Notes under the pieces: model-generated
Database searches by the model: none
The model's input: the letters and a program-made list of their open reading frames with translations, nothing else
Told to the model about the DNA's origin: nothing
Shown here: one piece after another, positions 55,652 through 64,000 of the stretch
Numbering within the stretch: the stretch's first letter is position 1
How the letters are laid out: the number at the start of each line of letters is the position of its first letter
Source: an uncultured Candidatus Saccharibacteria bacterium
GTDB taxonomy: Bacteria; Patescibacteriota; Minisyncoccia; Phycocordibacterales; Phycocordibacteraceae
NCBI GenBank assembly: GCA_964398815.1
Contig: CAYNNZ010000005.1
Location: 5,739-69,738 of the forward strand
DNA length: 64,000 nucleotides
Reading direction: 5' to 3'
Translations under genes and position numbers: made by a program

Positions 55652-56305
55652 ATGACCGACAAGGAAGAAGAGACCGGTCATCCGGAATCTGAGTTCAATG
55701 AGACCATCCTGACGCGCATGCGTAAGCTCAGCCTGTTTGAGATGCAGGTGCTTCTTGCGCCTCGCTCAACCGAACAGGCCGCCTCGCACATCTGCGCGAC
55801 CGTGACTACCGTGGAGTTCTACCGGAAGCGACTCGAACGCGAGTACGGATTCGACCTCACGGAACTTACCCGCCACGTCACGGAGTTCCGCAGGCGTCGG
55901 CGCGTCCGTCGCGTGCTCTGGGTGCGGTATGTCCCGCCTCGGAAGCAGCAACAGCAGGTGCCGTTGCCGAATGGTGTCTCACCCAAAGAGGAAGAGCTCT
56001 ACGCTCCGCTCACCGAGCGCGGAGTAGAACGGCGTGCACAGTTGATGCTCAGCATGTCTGCAGAAGAGATGCGGCTCATCAACGGGTGGCTCGAGGGCTC
56101 CTCCTACATGGAGCTCGCGGCTCACCACGGACTGCCACCCACTTCGGTGAGCGGCCGTTTCTCGGGACCGAAGGGCATCTTCGCCCTCCTCGACCTGCCG
56201 CTCAAGCGCGTGGACAGCCCGCAGGACTTTCGCAAGAAGGAACTGCGGCTCATCCGCGACCGCTGCATTGCCCTCAAGGTGGCACGACGACTCGAACCCG
56301 CATAA
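55652..56305 (+). CDS. Putative regulator with two LuxR/GerE-like HTH segments
   Basis: Start MTDKEEE with GGGAGG SD. LSLFEMQVLLAPRSTEQAASHICATVTTVEFYRKRL and MSAEEMRLINGWLEGSSYMELAAHHGLPPTSV. Weak assignment. Confidence 0.35.
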   Translation: MTDKEEETGHPESEFNETILTRMRKLSLFEMQVLLAPRSTEQAASHICATVTTVEFYRKRLEREYGFDLTELTRHVTEFRRRRRVRRVLWVRYVPPRKQQQQVPLPNGVSPKEEELYAPLTERGVERRAQLMLSMSAEEMRLINGWLEGSSYMELAAHHGLPPTSVSGRFSGPKGIFALLDLPLKRVDSPQDFRKKELRLIRDRCIALKVARRLEPA

Positions 56306-56350
56306 ACGCGGAAGGCCCCGGCATCGCGCCGGGGCCTAACGTTTATCTGG

Positions 56351-57619
56351 CTACTTTGGTACGCAGGCGAGTGACGAGCCCGGCGGCGTGTTACACGTTC
56401 CGCTTACGGTTTCTCCTCTTCCTCCTGTAAAGGAACAAGATGCGCCTGTGGTTTTGCCACTACACGCGGTGAGCGCTACCTGTGGAGGTGTTCCTCCCTG
56501 CCCTCCCGGTTGCGTTCCCGCTCCGGTAGTCGCAGTTGCCTGAGTCGTTTGTGGCTGTCCGCCGCCAGTAGGCCCTGCGAACGCAGACTTCGCACGGAAA
56601 CAGCTCGCTGAATACGGGAAATCATAGGTCATGACGTAGTGGTACGTCGTGACTTTTTTGCCATCGAGCGTTACTTCGCTCGTAAGTCCATGACATTCAT
56701 CGAGGTCATTTGTGGTGAGATACTTCCCGTCAGCGACGACTGGTCCGGTTATCGGAAATCCGTCATACGCAAAGCCGATAACGGTCGCTACAGTCGCGTT
56801 ATGGAGGAATGCTGGAAGACTGTGGTAGTGGTATTCTCCTGAACCCTGCGGATGGCCGTCGTTACTGTCCTGTACCTCGTGCGCTGGCGCATCCCGAAGT
56901 CCTGCATCGAATGCATTAAAGAGCGGGACGCCGTTCGTAAGTATTCCCACTTCCCCACCCATGCAGTAGGGCGTCGCCGAATAGGTCGGCTGGGCCGCCA
57001 GGTTCTGCTTCATGGACTGCGCCTTAATAGTGTTTGGGTTCGGGTCGTACGCATGCGCGTCGTCCGAAGATGCTACCGGAAACACACCTGTCGTCTGTCC
57101 GACCGGCAGATCATTTCCCGTAAGGACGCGGTACGCACCCGAAATCGTATTCGTGAACGTCGCGTTCTTCCACGTAACTTTGCCATCCACAGTCACCTTT
57201 TTCGTAAAGTTCCATGTATTTCCGGTAATCCATGGACCATTCACCATCGAGCCTGGGTTGTCTTTATGCTCATTGCAGAGATAGACATAGCCCTTCTTCG
57301 CTCCAGTAGTTGAGTATTTGTAATCACCGAGCGGGACGACGCCACTATCAAGTGACTTGTCGGCCATCGCGAGTAGTTCTGCCTGGCTGTACGCCTTTGG
57401 TCCGTTCGTTGTAGCGACTGCGGTTGCTGTTGCCGTCGCTACCGCCGCCTGTCCCGTCGCATCAACGGTGGTTGCGGGAGGGGGCACAAGTGCAGTCGCG
57501 CCACTGAAGAAATTAATGATGATGTAGCCGATGCCGACCATAAAGGCGGCAATTTGATTCAGGATGTCCATGCTAGAAGCGTAGCAGTTAGCTCGCTGCG
57601 AGCCGTTGCTTTTCAACAC
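56351..57619 (-). CDS. Secreted YHYH-domain protein
   Basis: 422 aa. N-terminal anchor. HPQGSGEYHYHSLPAF (YHYH motif). Thr/Gly/Pro-rich C-terminus with Cys pairs. Confidence 0.55.
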   Translation of the reverse strand: MLKSNGSQRANCYASSMDILNQIAAFMVGIGYIIINFFSGATALVPPPATTVDATGQAAVATATATAVATTNGPKAYSQAELLAMADKSLDSGVVPLGDYKYSTTGAKKGYVYLCNEHKDNPGSMVNGPWITGNTWNFTKKVTVDGKVTWKNATFTNTISGAYRVLTGNDLPVGQTTGVFPVASSDDAHAYDPNPNTIKAQSMKQNLAAQPTYSATPYCMGGEVGILTNGVPLFNAFDAGLRDAPAHEVQDSNDGHPQGSGEYHYHSLPAFLHNATVATVIGFAYDGFPITGPVVADGKYLTTNDLDECHGLTSEVTLDGKKVTTYHYVMTYDFPYSASCFRAKSAFAGPTGGGQPQTTQATATTGAGTQPGGQGGTPPQVALTACSGKTTGASCSFTGGRGETVSGTCNTPPGSSLACVPK

Positions 57620-57833
57620 GCGAGAGGTGCCGTAGCACGTACTCGCGCTTCTGCGCCTCGCTCCGTGAGGATGCCGTTTCTTGGTACACCACGGTCACTG
57701 GTCTACGCGCTTTCGTGTATTTAGCGCCTTTCACCCCTTCATTGTGCTCAGCGAGCCTGCGTTCCATGTTGGTCGTGACACCTGTATAGAATGTGCCGTC
57801 GGCACATTTGAGAAGGTAGACGACATAGTTCAT
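57588..57833 (-). CDS. Stand-alone GIY-YIG nuclease-domain protein (UPF0213-like, 81 aa)
   Basis: MNYVVYLLKCADGTFYTGVTTNMERRLAEHNEG (GIY..YIG: NYVVY...FYTGVT, R, E, N). The track ORF is over-extended. Confidence 0.65.
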   Translation of the reverse strand: MNYVVYLLKCADGTFYTGVTTNMERRLAEHNEGVKGAKYTKARRPVTVVYQETASSRSEAQKREYVLRHLSRVEKQRLAAS

Positions 57834-57843
57834 TGCGGGTCGA

Positions 57844-59316
57844 TTAGGCGTGACGCGCGTCCTGCTCCCCAAGACTCTCCCCCATCTCGATACCCACCTC
57901 TTCGAGCGCCGGACGATTGCTTCTGCGGAGCGAGATTTGCGGGATGAACCACACGAGCACAAACGCTGCCAGGATTGCAAAGCTGCCGAGGAAGAAGACG
58001 TGGTCCACCGCCTTCGTGAATGCCTCTGGCTGGGTGAGACCGGCAGCAAGACCCGCTGCAAGTGTTGCGTTCATCACTCCACCCATGACTGCGGTACCCA
58101 CAGTTCCACCAATGGTGCGGAACATGGCAACCGATGCGGTCACCTCGCCGGTGCGCTTCGGGTCGAACGCGCTCTGGACCAAAAGCGTAAACGTAGACAT
58201 GGTCGGACCAAGACCAAGACCGAGTAGCACCATGCGGAATGCGAGCCCCCAGGTAGTCGTTGCGGTAGTGATGGTTGAGAATAGGAACATCGCGACGGTC
58301 GCGAGTGCGAGCGCTCCTATAATGAGGCCACGGTATTTCCCTGTGCGAGAAATCAATTGGCCGCTCATAGCAGACGCGAACACAATGCCGAGCATCATTG
58401 GAGTCAGCACCAGACCTGCGTTGGTTGCAGATGCATGGAGTATCGTCTGGGCGAAGAGCGGCAGATAGACGATGGCACCGAACATCCCTGCGGCGGTGAG
58501 GAAGGTCGTCGTCACTGAGAGCGTGAATATCTTCGACTTGAAGAGTCGCAGCGAGAGAATAGGCTGACTAATACTTTCCTCTCGCCAGACGAAGAAGAAG
58601 AGCGAGATGAATGAGAACCCGAAGAGCATGAGTTCTATCGCAGAATTCCATGCATAGGTGCTTCCGCCCCACACTACCGCGAGCAGGAACGGCACGAGCG
58701 TCGTCATCATGAGAAGCGCACCGAGATAATCTATCTTCACGTTGTCGTGATGGCGCGCTGTCTTCGGCAGGTACGCGAGCAGGACAACGATAGCGAGGAT
58801 TGCGAGAGGAATATTTACATAGAAGACCCAGCGCCATGAGACAGTATCCGTAATCCACCCGCCCAGAAGCGGTCCGATGACGGACGCAATACCGAAGGCG
58901 GCACCGATAACTCCCTGCCACTTACCGCGCTCTTGTGGCGGGAACACGTCTGCGATAAGCGCGAGCGAGGTCACCATGATGGCTCCTCCCCCGATGCCCT
59001 GAATACCGCGGAAGAGTATGAGCTGCAGCATGGACTGCGCAGCGCCCGAGAGTATGGAGCCGATAAGGAAGATAATGATGGCCGCGATATAGAGCGTGCG
59101 GCGTCCGAACAGGTCCGAGAGCTTGCCATAAATAGGCGTCGTTACCGTAGACGCGAGCATGTACGCCGTGAACACCCATGAGATATGTTCGAGCCCGTGC
59201 AGTTCCCGCACGATTTGCGGCATCGCAGTCGAGATAATGGTCTGATCCATAGCCGCAAGAAGCATGGCAAGCAGGATGCCACCAAGTATGGGGAACTTAT
59301 TTTTCACATCTGTCAT
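57844..59316 (-). CDS. MFS transporter, 14-TM drug:H+ antiporter (DHA2)-like
   Basis: 490 aa. Motif [10 protein letters not shown], 14 hydrophobic segments. Confidence 0.8.
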   Translation of the reverse strand: MTDVKNKFPILGGILLAMLLAAMDQTIISTAMPQIVRELHGLEHISWVFTAYMLASTVTTPIYGKLSDLFGRRTLYIAAIIIFLIGSILSGAAQSMLQLILFRGIQGIGGGAIMVTSLALIADVFPPQERGKWQGVIGAAFGIASVIGPLLGGWITDTVSWRWVFYVNIPLAILAIVVLLAYLPKTARHHDNVKIDYLGALLMMTTLVPFLLAVVWGGSTYAWNSAIELMLFGFSFISLFFFVWREESISQPILSLRLFKSKIFTLSVTTTFLTAAGMFGAIVYLPLFAQTILHASATNAGLVLTPMMLGIVFASAMSGQLISRTGKYRGLIIGALALATVAMFLFSTITTATTTWGLAFRMVLLGLGLGPTMSTFTLLVQSAFDPKRTGEVTASVAMFRTIGGTVGTAVMGGVMNATLAAGLAAGLTQPEAFTKAVDHVFFLGSFAILAAFVLVWFIPQISLRRSNRPALEEVGIEMGESLGEQDARHA

Positions 59317-59374
59317 ATATAGGTTCTAGCACCGGACACTACCCCGGGCAATCTATAGGATTCCTGAAGGAACA

Positions 59375-59863
59375 CTAGCTATTCGCTGCTGCCTCAAGCT
59401 CTGCAATCACGAGCTTATGCATCTGGAGCATGACCGCCATCGCCTTCTTATTCTTCTCCGGGTCCGTCCCTCCCATGAGCTCGTTCATATTCTCAGGTAC
59501 CACCTGCCACGAGACGCCGAATTTGTCCTTCAGCCAGCCGCACTGCTGCGATTCTACCGGCCCTCCCTCTTTGAGCTTCTCCCAGTAATAATCAATTTCT
59601 TCCTGATCCTTACAGGGAATCTGGAACGAAATGGCTTCGGTGAATTTGAAGAGCGGACCTCCGTTGAGCGCAGTGAAGGTGATATCGCCGATAGTGAAAT
59701 CAACGGTCATGACGCTGCCGGCAGCGCCGCCATGAATTTCCTGACCCACCGCAGGAAATCTGGTCACGTTTCCAAGCGTTGCGTCCTTGAACACCGAAAC
59801 GTAGAAGTTCGCAGCTTCTTCAGCTTGATTGTCGAACCAGAGGCAGGGTGAGAGTTTCTTCAT
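59375..59863 (-). CDS. VOC/glyoxalase-fold protein of the PhnB/3-demethylubiquinone-9 3-methyltransferase-domain type
   Basis: 162 aa. KLSPCLWFDNQAEEAANFYVSVF... Confidence 0.6.
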   Translation of the reverse strand: MKKLSPCLWFDNQAEEAANFYVSVFKDATLGNVTRFPAVGQEIHGGAAGSVMTVDFTIGDITFTALNGGPLFKFTEAISFQIPCKDQEEIDYYWEKLKEGGPVESQQCGWLKDKFGVSWQVVPENMNELMGGTDPEKNKKAMAVMLQMHKLVIAELEAAANS

Positions 59864-59864
59864 A

Positions 59865-60218
59865 TTACGCGCTTGGCATGCCTGCCGTGCCCATGACCTC
59901 TATGTATGAAGTCGGGATGGATGCAATCTGCGGGTGGCCGACGAACATTTCCGCTGCGGCTTCCGCCGACTCTGCATTCACAATGAGATACCAGTTGTAA
60001 TCATTGCGGCCATCGCTGACACCGTTTGCATCGATGCGCTTCGTCTTTCCGAGCGGAAGACCCTTGTCTACGATTACGTCTTTGTGCGATTCGAGCCACG
60101 CATTCCATTCCTGCATCATCTGGTCGCTCTGCTGCTTACGGGTCGCCTCATCAACGTTCGTCATCCATTCTTGAATGGCGACTGCGGGAATGGCGAATAA
60201 CACAAAAAATTTCTTCAT
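59865..60218 (-). CDS. Small secreted hypothetical protein
   Basis: 117 aa, signal peptide MKKFFVLFAIPAVAIQEW. Confidence 0.35.
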   Translation of the reverse strand: MKKFFVLFAIPAVAIQEWMTNVDEATRKQQSDQMMQEWNAWLESHKDVIVDKGLPLGKTKRIDANGVSDGRNDYNWYLIVNAESAEAAAEMFVGHPQIASIPTSYIEVMGTAGMPSA

Positions 60219-60285
60219 ACGCGAGTCGTTAGGTACCTAATTGTGAGTAGTATACCCATGCCCTTAGTGAACGGGAAATGAGGGG

Positions 60286-60606
60286 TTAGGGTACGCGTGT
60301 TTCGTAGACGGGAGCCGGGTCGTGCGCATGCAGGAGCGCCTGTTCCTTGGCCTCGAGTTCCTGTACTAGTTTCTTATTCTCACGCTTAAGCGTCATGATG
60401 CGCAGGCTGCCCGAAAGCGCCGATGGGATGAACGCGAGCATGGCGATAAGCATACCTACCGCGACGGTAACGATGACGAGGAGCGCGAGCGAACTCTCGA
60501 ATTGCCAGCCCATGAATGTGAGCGCCACCACTTCTGTGTTTTGCAGCGCGAATATGATTGCACCCGCACCAAGAATAAAACCGAGGAGAAAAAGTATGAT
60601 TGTCAT
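60286..60606 (-). CDS. LapA-domain (DUF1049) inner-membrane protein
   Basis: 106 aa. Two TM, then coiled LKRENKKLVQELEAKEQAL. Confidence 0.5.
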   Translation of the reverse strand: MTIILFLLGFILGAGAIIFALQNTEVVALTFMGWQFESSLALLVIVTVAVGMLIAMLAFIPSALSGSLRIMTLKRENKKLVQELEAKEQALLHAHDPAPVYETRVP

Positions 60607-60692
60607 ACGGTAAGTATACGCGCTTCATTTATGAAGAATGCAGGAACGCAAAACGCGCCTTTGGGCGCGTTCGTGCTAGGAGATGCAATCGT

Positions 60693-61229
60693 TTAGTTCG
60701 TCGTGGTCTGGGGAGGAGTACCCATCGGTCGACCCATAGGGCCACCGTGGCCGTGACCGCCCGGACCGCCCATAAATCCATCTGCGCCGAGCTCCTGTCG
60801 AAGTTTCATGGCGCCGGCATGGTCGCCACTCTTTTCAAGGGAGCGAATCTGAACGAGTTTCGTAAAGATGTCCTGCGTCAGCTTATCGGCCATCGGAGAG
60901 TCCGCAACGGCTGCCTGGAAGGCTGCGTAATCATTCGCATCGAGCGCTGCGTCCATTTTCGTGTGCTGCTCCTTAAGGAACGAGTCCATGGCTGAATGAA
61001 GCGCATCCTCGCTTACACCAGCAGCATCAAGCACCGCCTTCGCCTCCGCGTCAGCAGTTGAGCGAATATCCTGTGCCTTTTGGATTGCCGCCTGCTGGTC
61101 GGTCGTAAATTTCGCGAGCACTTCGCTGGGGAGGCTGCCCGGAGTGAATGCTGCGTAGGCAGTGGCTCCACCGCCAAGGAGCGCAAGACCGAGAATCAGC
61201 GCCGGAATGGCATATCGTTTCTTACTCAT
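60693..61229 (-). CDS. Secreted alpha-helical hypothetical protein with Gly/Pro/His-rich tail
   Basis: 178 aa, signal peptide. Confidence 0.35.
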   Translation of the reverse strand: MSKKRYAIPALILGLALLGGGATAYAAFTPGSLPSEVLAKFTTDQQAAIQKAQDIRSTADAEAKAVLDAAGVSEDALHSAMDSFLKEQHTKMDAALDANDYAAFQAAVADSPMADKLTQDIFTKLVQIRSLEKSGDHAGAMKLRQELGADGFMGGPGGHGHGGPMGRPMGTPPQTTTN

Positions 61230-61367
61230 GTGTCATGTAGTTATGTTGTAATCCAGAGGTCGTACGCCCTCACCCTTATTACTACGCGCGATAAGGGACA
61301 TTATTTCAGCAGATATACGACTCGAAGACACCGGAAATCCATGAGGATGTGCCGTACTATAGTGAAC

Positions 61368-62267
61368 ATGAAGGGGTTACTGCCCAAAGCGATTCTCTGC
61401 ATAGTCGTGGGACTGTGCATGGGTGTCGCGCTTGCCGTATGGAGGAGTCCGTACACGGAAATGACCGTCGCACACCGAGTACAGGCGGTCGCAGAGAACC
61501 AGACCGCGTCAGCAACCCCCATTCCGCAGCCGTCGCCCACTCAGCCAGTTCCGGCTAATAATTTTATTGAAATAACCGACAGCTGCGGTCCGCATTTCGA
61601 AGGAGGCTGCCTTTCTGTTCGGTCCGGTCCCGGCACCGAGTTCCCTTCCGTAGGAAAGCTGCGCACGGGTGTAGTGCTTGCGGTCGGGACCACGACGGTC
61701 ATTGGTGAGGACGGCAGCGAGTGGTATCACGTGGTCTTTAACGAATGGCTACGATATCCCGAGCGTGTATCGGGGGAATGGTATGTATCTGCAGCATACG
61801 TGCGGGCATTCGCTGACGATGGTACCGAGGAATCTGATACGCCCCGACCCTCACTCCTTGAAGAAGCACGGAAGCAATTAGGACTGGCGTCCGGAAAAAG
61901 AATCATTGTGGACCGGTCCGAACAGAAACTCTATGCGTACGATGGAGACACGCTCTACCTCACTGCCCCGGTCTCTACGGGACTGGATCTCACTCCGACC
62001 CCTCGCGGTACATTCACGGTGTACAAGAAAACTCCGAGCCGATATATGCAGGGTCCGCTCCCTGGCGTCAGCGACCAATACTATGACCTGCCTGGAGTGC
62101 CTTGGAATATGTACTTCACCGATGAGGGCGGAGCTATCCATGGTGCGTTCTGGCATGCAGAATTCGGTGCCCAGTGGTCACATGGATGCGTAAATCTTCC
62201 TTTGGATACGGCACGAACCCTCTATGAATGGACCCCGATAGGCACTCCCGTCCTCGTTCGAGACTAA
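61368..62267 (+). CDS. L,D-transpeptidase (YkuD domain) with N-terminal anchor and SH3b-like domain
   Basis: Start MKGLLPKAIL. Catalytic HGAFWHAEFGAQWSHGCVNLP (His...Cys). SH3b-like RSGPGTEFPSVGKLRTGVVL. Confidence 0.75.
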   Translation: MKGLLPKAILCIVVGLCMGVALAVWRSPYTEMTVAHRVQAVAENQTASATPIPQPSPTQPVPANNFIEITDSCGPHFEGGCLSVRSGPGTEFPSVGKLRTGVVLAVGTTTVIGEDGSEWYHVVFNEWLRYPERVSGEWYVSAAYVRAFADDGTEESDTPRPSLLEEARKQLGLASGKRIIVDRSEQKLYAYDGDTLYLTAPVSTGLDLTPTPRGTFTVYKKTPSRYMQGPLPGVSDQYYDLPGVPWNMYFTDEGGAIHGAFWHAEFGAQWSHGCVNLPLDTARTLYEWTPIGTPVLVRD

Positions 62268-62273
62268 TATGGG

Positions 62274-62750
62274 ATGGTATACACTTATTCTATGAACGAC
62301 TCATCGAAACAGGCTGCACTCAAATTCCTAGAGGACCGCACCATCGGTACCCTAGCCACCATTTCTGGAGACGGAATGCCGCGCGCACGCACGGTCCATT
62401 ACGTAGCGAATGATGCGTTTGAAATCTATTTCATTACGCTTGCAGGCACTCGCAAGGTTGAGGACATCAATGCAAACCATCTCGGCTCCTTTGTGGTATA
62501 TGACGACGCAGTGCCCCGCACCGTTCAAATTGAGGGAACCATCAGTGAACAACCAGATACGACTATTGGGGACCCGTACATGCAAAAACTTCTTGGCATT
62601 CTTGAAGCGAAGGGAGACCATTTCGCTCCCCTCACCCACCTTGATGCCAACACCGTACTGTTCTACAAACTTACTCCGAACTGGGTGCGCTATGGAAACT
62701 TTGCAGGGACGGAGGGCACTGAGGCAGCGCTTGTAGAAATTCCGCTTTAG
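62274..62750 (+). CDS. Pyridoxamine 5'-phosphate oxidase-like FMN-binding split-barrel protein
   Basis: 158 aa. LEDRTIGTLATISGDGMPRARTVHYV. Confidence 0.65.
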   Translation: MVYTYSMNDSSKQAALKFLEDRTIGTLATISGDGMPRARTVHYVANDAFEIYFITLAGTRKVEDINANHLGSFVVYDDAVPRTVQIEGTISEQPDTTIGDPYMQKLLGILEAKGDHFAPLTHLDANTVLFYKLTPNWVRYGNFAGTEGTEAALVEIPL

Positions 62751-62792
62751 TCGCGCACTCAACTAGACCTTTTTAAAAAAGACCTGCTTTGA

Positions 62793-63350
62793 CTAGTACG
62801 TCTGAGCAAACAGAACAATCACGAGAATACCAAGCGTATCTAGTACGTAGGTAAGAGCCATAAATTGCCATTCCTTAATCTTCGTTAGTCCCATCATGCC
62901 GATTCCTAACTCATCCGGAAATGGCGAGGCAATAATGATTGCCCCTATAACAGGCGTAAGCCAAGCAAAGTAGGGGCTTTTGAACAACTCGAACACATGA
63001 CGCTTTTTCAGCTTCTTCACCAGGGGCGCAAATTCTGTGAAGATTTGGTCCTTAAAGAATCTAAAAATCAGAAGGTCACCGATAACACCTCCCGCTCCTG
63101 CCGTAAGAGCGATTAGTATCGGGTTATAGTCCTGCGCTAAATGGAATAGCACCAGACCTGCTGGCGCTACCGTGAACGTCGACACAAAGAATATGCCTGC
63201 AACAAACGAGCCGAGATATCCATAGGAGCCTATGTGCCGTATGGCAGCGTGCACAATCGGTGTGTCTGCGAGGAGGACGAAGACTATGACGCTAAGAACG
63301 AGGAGCGTTGTGTTCTTGTATGCCCATTTTTTCCGGCGAGATTTGTTCAC
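62793..63350 (-). CDS. Polytopic membrane protein, hypothetical
   Basis: 185 aa, 5-6 TM. Confidence 0.35.
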   Translation of the reverse strand: MNKSRRKKWAYKNTTLLVLSVIVFVLLADTPIVHAAIRHIGSYGYLGSFVAGIFFVSTFTVAPAGLVLFHLAQDYNPILIALTAGAGGVIGDLLIFRFFKDQIFTEFAPLVKKLKKRHVFELFKSPYFAWLTPVIGAIIIASPFPDELGIGMMGLTKIKEWQFMALTYVLDTLGILVIVLFAQTY

Positions 63351-63408
63351 TCCCGCTATAGTAGCGCATGAAAATTCTTTGCAGCAGAACTGAATACAGT
63401 TAGAACAC

Positions 63409-63720
63409 CTACCGAACCCTGAGCGTGAAGGCGACTGTATCAGTATCCCCGATGTCTTCAGCCTTGCGGACTTGTCCTTTTAGCGGAAGGAGGTAGGTGC
63501 CTGACTTTTTATCAGGAAAAATAGACGTATCCCACGTCGTCTTCCCTATCGTTACCGACACGGGGAGCGAGCCCCACCCCTTCGCATGTTTCCCGTACTG
63601 TTCTTTTATCTCTTTCGCCTCATTTGCTGGGAGACCTAAGAAACGCCATGCGGCCATTCCTGGATACACCGTTACCTTAGATTTGAGGGTATACGTCTTA
63701 GGCATCCTCCGACTTTGCAT
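63409..63720 (-). CDS. DUF1905-domain protein
   Basis: 103 aa. VSVTIGKTTWDTSIFPDKKSGTYLLPLKGQVRK. Confidence 0.5.
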   Translation of the reverse strand: MQSRRMPKTYTLKSKVTVYPGMAAWRFLGLPANEAKEIKEQYGKHAKGWGSLPVSVTIGKTTWDTSIFPDKKSGTYLLPLKGQVRKAEDIGDTDTVAFTLRVR

Positions 63721-63919
63721 CGAACTCGCCCTGCATGCGAGCCATCCACTGCTCTTTAGTCTCTCCCGTGCGCTCTTCCATACTCATGATGGATTCTTTA
63801 TGCGCCTCATCCCCCATCATGTGCTGCATGGCGCTGTGCATGATTTCGTTAAATGTTTCTCCCGAAAACCGTTCATCACAATTACCACCGAGTTCGCGAC
63901 ACGTGAATGATTTAGACAT
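63698..63919 (-). CDS. DUF1059-family small protein
   Basis: 73 aa. MSKSFTCRELGGNCDERFSGETFNEI... Confidence 0.45.
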   Translation of the reverse strand: MSKSFTCRELGGNCDERFSGETFNEIMHSAMQHMMGDEAHKESIMSMEERTGETKEQWMARMQGEFDAKSEDA

Positions 63920-64000
63920 AGAGTATGCGGTTATTTATTTCTCGACACGAACGCCATGAGCGGCGCCACGAGGAGGAACTGGACTGCCGTAAATGCGGTT

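Overview
The window is a 64 kb, visibly GC-rich, very compact bacterial chromosomal segment. Most genes sit in long co-directional minus-strand strings with tiny or overlapping gene junctions. Gene content points to a Patescibacteria/CPR-like organism; this is inference only, and a monoderm with a small genome is equally consistent. The evidence for that is the O-antigen-ligase/TPR gene followed by murJ, DUF192, LemA, a lone family-5 solute-binding protein, RNase J, a PIF1-like helicase, a small PspC, an lmo0937-type micro-protein, and R/G-rich tails on RNA enzymes. Solid housekeeping calls are groES-groEL, RNase P RNA (rnpB, minus strand, missed by the ORF track), tRNA-Ser(GGA), secG, RNase J, typA, a DEAD-box helicase, mltG, the lexA-Y-family polymerase SOS pair with a Cheo-type LexA box, murJ (partial), htpX, and an RND efflux pair. 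There is also a redox-repair neighbourhood (bcp, VKOR, msrB, hemerythrin, msrA, DsbA-like). Three short AT-rich islets interrupt the GC-rich backbone. (1) 7.3-8.8 kb: a small multi-TM protein plus a ThsB/DUF1863-like TIR protein, ending in a strong hairpin next to tRNA-Ser. This is the best candidate for a compact, undescribed TIR-based defence module. (2) 23.1-24.3 kb: a 4TM protein with a C-terminal HepT/DUF86-like HEPN RNase motif (RGIRNLIAH), plus a small 1-TM partner. (3) 31.9-33.4 kb: five small mostly membrane ORFs, one with an HDxDGDWQF immunity-like motif. Other notable items are a GcrA-like regulator outside its usual alphaproteobacterial context, a peptidoglycan-binding/PKD surface protein with four tandem Cys-repeats, and a bactofilin-like repeat domain fused to a polytopic membrane domain. 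All calls come from reading the sequence and the ORF translations. No database searches were run and GC differences are judged by eye.
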